Origin: Lobosporangium transversale
Lineage: Eukaryota
Direction of reading: 5' to 3'
Assembly: GCF_002105155.1 (NCBI RefSeq)
Contig: NW_019029015.1
Coordinates: 1-64,000 of the forward strand
DNA length: 64,000 nt
Of the stretch, positions 1-9,724 are shown piece by piece. The notes under the pieces are model-generated. The model was not told where the DNA came from, made no database searches, and worked only from the letters and a program-made list of their open reading frames with translations. The translations under genes were made by a program, and so were the position numbers. Position 1 is the first letter of the stretch. Each line of letters opens with the position of its first letter.

Positions 1-539
1 TTTGTATTAGAATCGGAGGGTAAATATTATCCTGGTTCCGTACAGTCAAAAATCGGCGAGAAGGTCAAGAATTAAGGATGCCCACAATACAACTTGCCAT
101 AATTGCATCAAAGAACACCTCTCATCACCGTCTTCTCTCGGCTTTTGCTCGAATGGCATATCCTTGTTGCTGTTGTTTAGGCCTTACTTATCACGTTGCC
201 TTATCATGTTGCCTTATCACGAACAGGGTGATTATTCGCTAGCTAAAGTCAAAGAAGTTCCTACCATCAAAGACAAAACGAATAGAAACGACGTACTCAA
301 TATTAGCTTGTTGAACTTCCTTGAAAGTGCAAGGGAGTCCCTCAAGAAGTCAGAATTGACTCGAGCTGTGGAGGATGAGGGAGAAGGAAGCAAGCCCAAA
401 GAACCACAGGCAAGGAGGACATCAAAGAGAATTGCCGATAAAGCTCAAGCTATGGAGCATCGCCCTAGCTCATGGAATATGAGTCCAACGTTTTCAAGAA
501 GTTTGGGGCTCCTCTTCCAGTTTATGTTTGCGTAGTCTT

Positions 540-943
540 CATCAGTCAGGTCTTCACCGGCTGCCTTTAAAACACGCCGTGTTAAAGAACCCTTGTGAAA
601 GTTTCAATCCCTGGCTGAGATCTTCTTCATCTACGTCAGACTGCTGCTATCTCTTCGTCTGGATTGTGCCATAGGCAAGTGGATTCAGAACAAGGCCATT
701 GGTAGAATCGTCCCTTTGAGTTTGAACCGAGTTATACCTTTGTCTTGTGCCTGTAGGGGTACCTTGTCTCGATAGCCATGAAACATGCGATCTCCTTCAA
801 TGTCACAAAGAGAGCCTGTATCTAGACCTCTTTTGTTCCCTGTACACATTCAAACACTGCAGCCTTGGGAGGATTGTCGAGAGGATGTCAGTTAGAACGT
901 GTTCAGACAGATACACATACCGAGGGGGGACGTAAGGAAGTCT

Positions 944-974
<31 letters not shown>

Positions 975-1780
975 CATTCCATTGTTCTCTGGCAAGAAAA
1001 GCTCATCGAACAATAAAAAAATAGAGAGCTTTAATAGAGAGCAATCGACTGCAGAATATGCATGAGGATTCTCTACACAAAGTTATATCTTTGTGCTCCT
1101 GTGGTGAATACATGGGTAGATTTGACTCGGTCTGTAGGAACTGATTTGAAACAGGTGGCTACATCCTTGTCAAAGGTAACAACAAAAGAAAAAAAGTCTT
1201 CTTTCTTCTTTTTATCAGAGAATGGCTTCATATGATGCTCTTTGCTCCAACAGCTCCACCAATGGAAAGGCTTGTGTTTTAGCAAAATGTGTTTGTGCAT
1301 GTACAGAAACAAAAGAGATGCTTCAGCTGCTTATTCGTGCACACAGTGATTGACGAACAAAAAAGGAAAAAGCCCGCGATAAAAGAAGGCATATGCAGAC
1401 AACAAATAAACAAACTGTTTGCTCACATACATTTTTTTCACCGTTGTGTCTGTAACTCTTCTAAGCTTTCTGTCTGGCCGTTTAACACAAGGAACCCTCA
1501 GAAAAAGAAATACCTCGCATGATTGGTGCCAGGTCTGAAAACAACAATAATGCAATGCTGTACGTGGAAGATAGGGTCTAGAAACTATACCATTGATCAC
1601 AACTGCTACTCATGCTCTCTTGCCAAGGACTTGAACAGGCATACCAACCCCTTCTTCCTTGCTCTCATAACCGCTCACATCCTTTCGATGCATTCTTTCG
1701 CCGTTTATGTCCACTACATCTGAACCACACACAGTTCACCACTCACTCCAACAGAGATATTTGTATCACCTTGGGTATGA
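540..1780 (-). pseudogene. Highly degenerate Fanzor/TnpB-family gene remnant, possibly with an N-terminal PIN/XPG-like region
   Basis: Minus-strand translation around 640-800 gives HGYRDKVPLQ...FKLKGTI/TNGLVLNPLAYGT..KR, which aligns by eye to GYKDVGLQ...KLRTSFFTNGLTLTLLAYDT..KR of the plus-strand Fanzor fragment at 2118-2702. Many stops and frameshifts; boundaries approximate. Confidence 0.5.
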
Positions 1781-2039
1781 TATGTTGCTGTGGTTCCCTC
1801 TGGTTTCAACAGGCCCAACAAACTCTATTAGCAGTGTTTATCAACCCAAATACATCAAGGGAACGCAAGAAGACGAGTAGGCAAATGATGCGACAAATCA
1901 AGTCTCGTCGAGCTGTACAGAAAAAGATCAAGTTAGTCAGGCTGTAGAACGAATCAACTCAGATTGCCTCAATCATACGACGAATATTATCATCACTATA
2001 TCACATCAATCAATCAATAAACGATACAATGAGGCCCCC

Positions 2040-3454
2040 CAAGCGGACAATGGAGTCATGCGAAAGTCTTCATGAGTATTATGGTCTAACCCAACAGTTC
2101 GAGAGGAAATAGTCCAATTGTTGGAACTAAACATGAGTACCAAGGGGGCTGCAGAGGACAAGATCCTTAACCACAAGGGGATATTGTTGCAGGAGCTGTT
2201 TTCCTTGAAAGGATACAAGGACGTTGGACTGCAACCTGATGATGGCCCTAGAAGGAAACTACGGACATCGTTCTTTACAAACGGCCTTACCCTAACACTT
2301 CTTGCCTATGACACATCGAAGCAAAAAAGAGGTAGAGGTTCGCAAGCTGCCCAACCTTCGGATACTCAAAGATCTCAAGCAGTCCAGGCTTCTTCAAGTG
2401 CTCAGCAGGGATCCTCGTCTTCAGGCCATGGTGCAGGCGATGGTGGTGATGATGGAGACGACGACGGAAATGAAGATGACGATATCTTGCTGGGTATCAG
2501 CGATATTGACTTGCTGGAAGTTGATGAACCATTCTTAGATGGCGACGAGGGAGAAGAAGCAGCTGAAGAAGGTACATCGAGCACAAATCCACTGTCCCCG
2601 GTGAGTCCCAGTCCCCGGCGTGGGATCAACTGGAAGCAGAGATCCCGTCTCCTCGAGAATGTAGAAGTTAAATATGACACCCAGGCAGCATGGGACCAGT
2701 GACGACAATAAGGAGACTATATATAGGGCGCTTGTCGATTTCTATAATGACGGGTGGTTTGTTCGGAATAGCTGGGATAATAGAAAAGCACAGAACGGAT
2801 GGGTTGATTATGTGATCAAGGCAATTCTGAAGCTTGCGGGCGGAAGCAATGGAAGAAGAAGAGATGCCAATACGAATGCGGTGATCTGTATTGGACTAGG
2901 ATCATTCAAGACAAACCGAGGACAAGTATCGAAGCATGGGATATTGATGAAGAAGCTTGTTGAAAAGGTAAAAAAAAAATCCCTTGATCAATGACATTTA
3001 ATTTTTGAGTCTTTTTTTTAACGAGTATTAAATCTGGCTCGAACAGGCAAAATCTCTAGACTACCCCATTGCAGGTTGTCATGAATACTACACATCTGCC
3101 AAGTGTCCACGGCCTCACTGCGACAGTATATTGGAGAATGTTCCTTTTCGATCCAAGTACTGTCGAAATTGTAAAGCATACTTTGATCGAGATGCTGTTG
3201 GTGCTGAGAACATCGCAAGGGTCTGTGAGTCGCAGACAAGAGAGCAAAAACGACCTGCAAAATATATGCCGCCGGACGAATGTGGGACACACATCCTTGG
3301 GTGTATATCGATCTATATCAATATCTATATGTCAATCAATGTCTACTATGTCTATACATATCACATCGCGTCAATCAAGATGTATTATCTCGATCCCTCC
3401 ATCTCAAATGGATATAGCCCGTTCCATTTGGTCGCGATCCCTTATATTTTTTGA
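2040..3454 (+). pseudogene. Fanzor (eukaryotic TnpB-like RNA-guided nuclease), C-terminal part, with an intron at 2968-3046 and RuvC-I apparently lost
   Basis: Splicing GT(2968)..AG(3046) joins VICIGLGSF..SKHGILMKKLVEK to AKSLDYPIAGCHEYYTSAKCPRPHC..RSKYCRNCKAYFDRDAVGAENIAR..RPAKY. This shows the RuvC-II Glu (3083-3085), a four-Cys zinc ribbon and the RuvC-III DRD..GA.NI motif (3185-3193). Frameshift near 2695; no GID/DPG-type RuvC-I motif seen. Confidence 0.8.
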
Positions 3455-3504
3455 ATACTCTTAAATGTAATGGCAGCCAATTGACTCGCTTGTTATTGCA
3501 AGTG

Positions 3505-3910
3505 GTGTGACTGGTCATTAAAATTATTTTGTATCCACTAATCTGTCGAGCCAGCTTAAAGGAATCTTTGCGCAAAGCCTTTGTAGTCATAGGCGGGTCC
3601 GCCTCACCTAGAAACTACCGAGTATAAAAGCCAAAGAAACTTCCTTCTTAATAAAGTCTTCAGTTTTCCCCATATGTCTTATTCTTCACCTGCAGTTCAT
3701 CTTGCCATTTATCTTTTTCCCCTTTTCACAACAAGCATTTGTCTTCCGGTAACTCAGTTTGTGAGCTCACCTATAAAGCTCCCATCTTTTGACATTCTAT
3801 GGTGCTGTTTGTAGTCAAGGTTATTTGACTCTATTTTCTCTTGTCAATCTTGTTGACACTCTTTGTCCTGCCTTATCCTGATTGTGTCTATCTTTCTGTC
3901 CCTTAAGCAA
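3505..3910 (+). repeat. Dispersed LTR-like repeat, family A, copy 1
   Basis: Diverged direct copy at ~61671-62169 (shared gaatctttgcgcaaagcc, tataaaagccaaagaaacttcc, aataaagtcttcag, gtaactcagtttgtgagctcacctataaagctccc); TATA followed by AATAAA as in an LTR. Confidence 0.7.
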
Positions 3911-4123
3911 AGATATTTTTTACAACAATGCCACCAAGCCAATTTATTAGGATTAAGATATGTGGGGTCTATATGTTGTCTAAATAGTCCTCCCCATAAA
4001 AAAACACCATCTAGACCAAGCATAGAAATAAAGAGATTAGTCAAGAAAGCACTGTCAAGCTAATACTTACAACTTTTTCAAGACGAAGGTCTTTCCCGAC
4101 CTAGTCATGTTTGTAGTAGCTCA

Positions 4124-4333
4124 TGAAAAATTTTAGACAGACAAATAGTAACCAGGGAGCAGAAGTGAGAATAGGATGTGGGTTCACACATCACATCCAT
4201 GGGGCATTTATCCAAATTTGTATCAAAATAAAACTGTAAGTTTGTATCGGGCACCACACCATGGGGCATAGAGCCGTTAGTATGTCTGTATTATAAATCT
4301 TCATGTAACACGTGTACTGTGAAATATGCAACT
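4124..4333 (-). mobile_element. Degenerate solo LTR, family B
   Basis: Shares aagtgagaata.gatgtggg..cacaca..cac..ccatgg and the tgaaatatgcaac end with 48581-48905; flanks gctca / gatca resemble a 5-bp TSD with one mismatch. Confidence 0.6.
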
Positions 4334-5711
4334 GATCATATCCAATTGTTGTTGCCGGCTTGGTGTCTTTCCTCCCCATGGATTCAACGAAGGCTATTTT
4401 GATATCTCGAGTTTGGACTCAACCTGTCAGTGAGCATTGGTGCAGCGCATATAAGGCACACAGGCTGTTGACGAGCCTACTTCTCACCTTCACCGTTTGA
4501 CGCAGGTCAGGGTTGTGACGGTCTAGCGAAGAAAACGTAAGGGCATTAACAATATCAGGATCGCATTAGACGGTAGTTGTGGTATTTGCAGATGAAAATA
4601 GGGAAGAACTGCGCAAACCCAGCGGATCAAATAAAAGAAAAGGTGAGTCGACTCAAGCGGAGGACAACAAGTCCAATAGGCCAAGCAGGGATAAGGGACC
4701 AAGGAAAAAGTAGCGATCGTTTCTTTTACTTCTTTTTGCTCGCCATTGTTTATGACAATGGCACAGACACAATTTTGTAATATAGCACTAATAGATAAAT
4801 TAAAATATCGCTATTCAATAAACCTGAGCAAGGAGAAGTGAGCACACCAAGCGGATTGCCGCAGCTGCATCATCAGAATTTTCTCAAGCAAGTGGCAAGT
4901 TGTTTCTATGAGTGGCGGAATAGGAATCCTCTCTCAAATGAATTGCCATTTGACGATAGGCTCGTCACTAAGAGCGGACAATTTGCCTTGCAGCACGTTC
5001 ATTCGCTGCAGGTGGCTTCGACCTCTGGTGACGAAGTTCATGTGCACATGCACGTACTGAAAGGCAAATCTGGCTTGCTCTTGCAGACACTTCTCTCTCA
5101 GGCTGGGACCAAACTTGACATTTTGGCTGGAGGTCTCTTTTTTAAATTTGAAAAAATTCCCGAGTCGAAAGCATCTCCTGAAGCAACACCAGAGGTTAAT
5201 AAGCCAAAAAAAGGTACAGCCATCTGATAAAGCCAACTCAAAAAATAGACGAATAACACGATCCAAGAGAATGGCATCATAACGCTCATAGAGAGTATCG
5301 CAGAGGTTTTTTTACTGGCAAAAAATAATAATCTGCACGTTGAGGTTTATTTTTTCCTCACAGGTTTTGTTTTTAATTTCCTGAGTGACAGAGATCATGT
5401 ATAAGCAATATCAATTAAGTTAAAACATTGCACGCAGCACCACATTATCCGAGCATTTATTCATTTGTTTTCTATATATAAAGATCCTATTTATGTGGGC
5501 TGGAGGGCTGCAATTAAACGAAATATGCAACAGCGGTTATGACGGCCCTCAATAAGTATGTGTGTAGGACCGATTTAAAAGCGCTATCGCCTTTGTCTAA
5601 AGGGTAAGTGGATAATGATGGCTTCATTCATAAAGAATGAACCATTGTAAAAATTTCTCAAGGAACAGGTATAATTAAGACAACTTTCCATCCACTTGAT
5701 TGCTATTCGAT

Positions 5712-8174
5712 TTAATTCTTCAGATTCGTACCGGCTGATCCTCCTGAATATGCAGCTTCGATGTCGATTTTTATGACACGCTGTCTTACATGTTTCAAGT
5801 ATCCAGGTATTGCCTTGGCATCCTGACTATCGTTAATAACAAACTTCTGAACCTTAAAATTATCATATATGTAACCTGGCACCACAAAATAGAGGAAAAT
5901 AGTATCATCGCTTCCCTTCAGCTTTGATTGGCCTTCATTCAAGCAGGGTCCAGTAATACAATCAATTATCTCCTTGAATGGTGCTTGCTTGATCGGATGC
6001 TCCTCTGATACTGTAACCTGAAATAGCTTGTTGGGTCCCAATGCAAAATCAATGCACGGAAAGTTGGGTATAGATGGTAGAAACAACTTGTCTGTTGTTT
6101 TGGAGAATGTTGAAAAATCTGCTGTAGTCCTGGTAAATAATACATCCGAGGAGTCCCTCGGAAGATCAAAGAATCCTGTTTCGTCTGATTGAAGATCCTT
6201 AAATGGAAACCTAAGTCCACCACATCGAATTAAATAGTGAACATAGAGTTCAAACGAAGCTCCTTTTTCTATTTCACTGCCAACTTCGACAAGTCGCTTC
6301 AACACGTCGATCCAAGTCTGATCTTCTAACTTCATGATGATCCGCGATCGAACATAAGGAGATGCCCATACCAGGTGGAAGTGGAGGTGGTCAGAAGTGG
6401 GGACTCTATGGAGTAAACAACTACCCGCTTCATCTCCTTCTCTAAAGAGGTCTGAAAGATTGCTTGGGAGCCAGGTTACGCGAATGGCATCATTGACGTG
6501 GAATAACGCAGCTGCTTTAGCACGCTCAGTATGTTCTTGATTTTTGGATAGTACATTGGCTGGACACTCTAGAACCTGTCTTGGCACGCCCCCCAAGTAG
6601 TAAAAAAGCTCCTCCAAAAATGCTTCACTCACTACATGAAAAAACTTTACATTGGCTCTACATTCCTTAAGCTCATCCAGACTCCAGAGTGACATGTGAT
6701 AGTAGCTATTTGGTGTATTTTCCTTGGTGAGTTCATCGTATTGCCCATAGAGAGTTCTTGGCGATGCTGAAAATATCGTCCTGGCTTTACCTGGTTGAGG
6801 ATTTTCACCACTATCAACTAAATACCACGTTTCACGTTGGTCAAGGAAATCTTCGAACATCGTTATATTCCCTTTACGTTTGCAAGTTGTTCCTCCATAA
6901 ACATAACATTTGGTATGCTGCTTCTCATGGAAAATAATAATCGGTGGATTTTCCTCATCGTGTTCGGCAAGGAGGCGGATGGCAAAATAGACCAAAAAGG
7001 CTGACTTCCCAATTCCAGGCGTTCCAGTGACAAAGAGTCGGTTCAAACAAGGTACTTCATGAGGGGTACTTAATTCGGATGTAATATGGTCATAAAGCTC
7101 TTTATATTCATCTCTGATATAAAGATGCCTTGTTCCGGCAACAGGGAAGATACGACCCTCAGGGGCAGTCAACATTTTGGAACCCTTGATACCACCAGAA
7201 TTTCGGAGCTCGCAAGCCACGCTAATAATGCTGCAGTAAATACTATCTCCTGACAACTCCTCCCCCATGTACGAAAGCAGCTTGACCCTCTCTTTCGAGT
7301 TTAGAGGCGAGATGGCAGGGTCACCGTTCACTATCCCTTTCGTTACAAGCCCTGCTTCTGTAATCGCATCCCTAAGAGTACCTCTGCTACCTATACTTGG
7401 ACGAGCTTTTTTAGAGGGTGACTCTGCTAAAGGAGATAGAGTGATCAGAGTCAATATTTTTGATTTATTGCACATCACTCTAAAATGATCAATAACCAGA
7501 TTCTCGGCCAAAAGCACTCACCAGAATCTCCATCTTGTTTTCTTTTCTGACCTAAGTATCAAAAGCGAATAATGAGAAAGAACGTTGAGTTATCAAGACA
7601 CAAACCAAATGGTGATATTATGCACATGGCCGTTTAAGATACAAACCAAGCTTCATCAGCTGAAAATATCAACAATCAGTCCATCAAGAGCCAAGGATAT
7701 ACCTCGCTGTGGTGGCTTGACAAAAACATGGATAGTTTTCCTTGGAAGTTCAGAATTAAATATCTCCCAAAGCTCCATTGACGCGATTGTGAGAGCCTCT
7801 TTTGACTCGATTTCTGACTCAAAGATGGCCTCGCCTTTGTCAGGGATGGAGACCTTGTAGAGGGTGAGCTGGTCAGCGTCAATATCCTTAAATGCATTGG
7901 CTTTCTCTGTTTTGATGGCTTGCTTGAGCATCCCGACCGATTTATCGCAGAAAATCTCTACTGGGAACGACGTTGCTTCTCCCTCGACAACGCAGTTCAG
8001 CAGTAGCAGTGGGATGGCGCGCTTTTTTCGTTGTGGGTGCTGGTTTACTCTTTTTCGTTTATTGAGTGTGGAGGCATCCTCAGGCTTATTTGCAGTCATT
8101 TTTTTTTGTGCTTGGCTCTCTGTGGAATCATTTGCAGCCATGTTTTTTTGTGTTGAGCTCCTTGTGGCGGCCAT
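5712..8174 (-). CDS. Crinkler (CRN)-family protein: ubiquitin-like header + P-loop NTPase + restriction-endonuclease-like domain; exons 8174-7703, 7551-7522, 7426-5712 (~738 aa)
   Basis: Header LLLNCVVEGEATSFPVEI...LKQAIK...DADQLTLYKV...IHVFVKPP; Walker A GTPGIGKS; YLVD Walker B-like; PNFPCIDF..FQVTVSEEHPI REase-like motif; GT-AG introns keep frame. Confidence 0.85.
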
Positions 8175-8486
8175 TGAAAATTAAGATGAGTGGGACTGAG
8201 TGTGGTTGAAATGCAGGGAGAATGATGGTTAAATAGGCGAAGGTATATTCTATACTCTTTCACACTCGTGGTCGCTGTATGAAAACAAAAATGAAAAATG
8301 TGTAAGGCAAAAAAAAAAAAAAGGAAAGGAAAGGAAAGGAAAGGAAAGGCAAAATTGATGGGAGCAAAACTGGGGTGAAATATGAAAAAAGTGATCCTTT
8401 ATTTTAATGTGTGAAAAAATATTTTTTTCAAATCAGCCACGTGCCATTTTCTTGGTCATTGTGACGTGATAATCTTTAGGGCGCAG

Positions 8487-8573
8487 CAGAGGGTCAAGCT
8501 TGTCACTTTTGTTAAGTAAACCATTTATATTTGAAAGAGTCTAGCCAAAAAGAGCGACAAGCTTGACCCTCTG
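8487..8573. repeat. Inverted repeat / hairpin with perfect 18-bp arms
   Basis: cagagggtcaagcttgtc (8487-8504) and gacaagcttgaccctctg (8556-8573). Confidence 0.85.
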
Positions 8574-8786
8574 GCGCAAAGAACTCATTTCTCAGTACAT
8601 TGTCTATCATCCCATTGCTCAGCATCCCATTGCCCATGCGCACTCCATTCACGTCATCCCATCCAAAGCTCGCACCAGTGCCTCTGCTCGTTTCCCAGTA
8701 ACCCTCACCGTCCGCCAACATCTGAGCCGAATCATCAAGGACTAGCACCAGTATTTTCAACAGCACCTGAGGTTCTCTCGCGCCTT

Positions 8787-9268
8787 ATGTCGCCAAGTGC
8801 GAATGTCTATACAGAGACTCTGTCCGAGGGCAAGATTACAAAGAAGAGGCCTATATCTGACCCTACGCAGGACAATCTGGAGGCACCGCTTTCCCCCCCT
8901 CTTTCGCCATTATTGCCTGTACAGCCACTAGACGAGTCTAAGGCGACCCATCGTTCCAGGCCCTCACCTAAGTTTTCACCAATGTTGCCTCATGGATCCC
9001 CTTCAAAGGTTAAAAATAGTCACCGTATATATATGTACTGAAAGATATGAAAATTACAAAATATGTTCTCAATAAACAACTGTTGTATCGATCCTCAATA
9101 GAATGCTTTCTCCAATATCATTTCATCTTTTGAGTTTCCAAATGGAGAGAGATTCTATGAAAAAGACCTTAGCATCACTGCCAGTGGCAGTGAAGATGGT
9201 GATGACAATACTCGCCGACGTAAGCCAGGATGTGGGTCCGGCTGGTCCATGTTGGTATACAATAACTG
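8787..9268 (+). pseudogene. 5' part of the GCM-domain Mutator-like transposase gene, cut by the retrotransposon
   Basis: Frame FEFPNGERFYE...GCGSGWSMLVYNN ends at the LTR and resumes at 18059 as (N)RKKNNKTMFTKRCLGVYKC; probable intron ~9009-9101. Confidence 0.7.
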
Positions 9269-9407
9269 TGAAATATGCCAGGATCATAATAAGTAACGAG
9301 AACGAAAGAAAGATGTGTTTATTATGATCCGGGGATCTTCGTTAAATAAAAAGGGTAAAAATCTTAGCTATAGTAAAAACCCATGTAAATGGCTGCTAAT
9401 CGCAACA
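9269..9407 (-). repeat. 3' LTR (139 bp)
   Basis: Near-identical to 17922-18058; PPT at ~9411-9420; internal 12-bp inverted repeat ggatcataataa/ttattatgatcc. Confidence 0.95.
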
Positions 9408-9724
9408 TAACTCCCCCTCCAGACGAGCGTCCAGGTAAGAGCGAGTGCTTATAAAGCTTGGAAGGAAAATTTATAAAACCTTCCTATTAGGATAATTAGT
9501 GTCGAAGGAAAAGTCTAAAAACCTTCTTGTTTGATTAAATAAATAAATAAATTCTTTGAAGGAAAATAAATAAAACCTTCAGCGTCTGCATTTCTTTTTA
9601 GATGCGACCATAAAAAAAGGGTAAAATAATAAACCTTAAATTTGATTTGATAGTGAGGAAAACGTTCATGCTGTTAACGCATGCGTACAAAAACCTTAGT
9701 GAAGCAACATTCGTTTTTTTGCTT

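Noticed and set aside
164..535. 123-aa plus-strand ORF as a real gene
   Set aside because: Non-ATG start and no recognisable motif; may be another transposon fragment but cannot be supported.
9455..9700. CRISPR-like repeat-spacer array
   Set aside because: Repeats are short and degenerate, the context is a eukaryotic retroelement UTR, and no cas genes are present; kept only as a stem-loop array.
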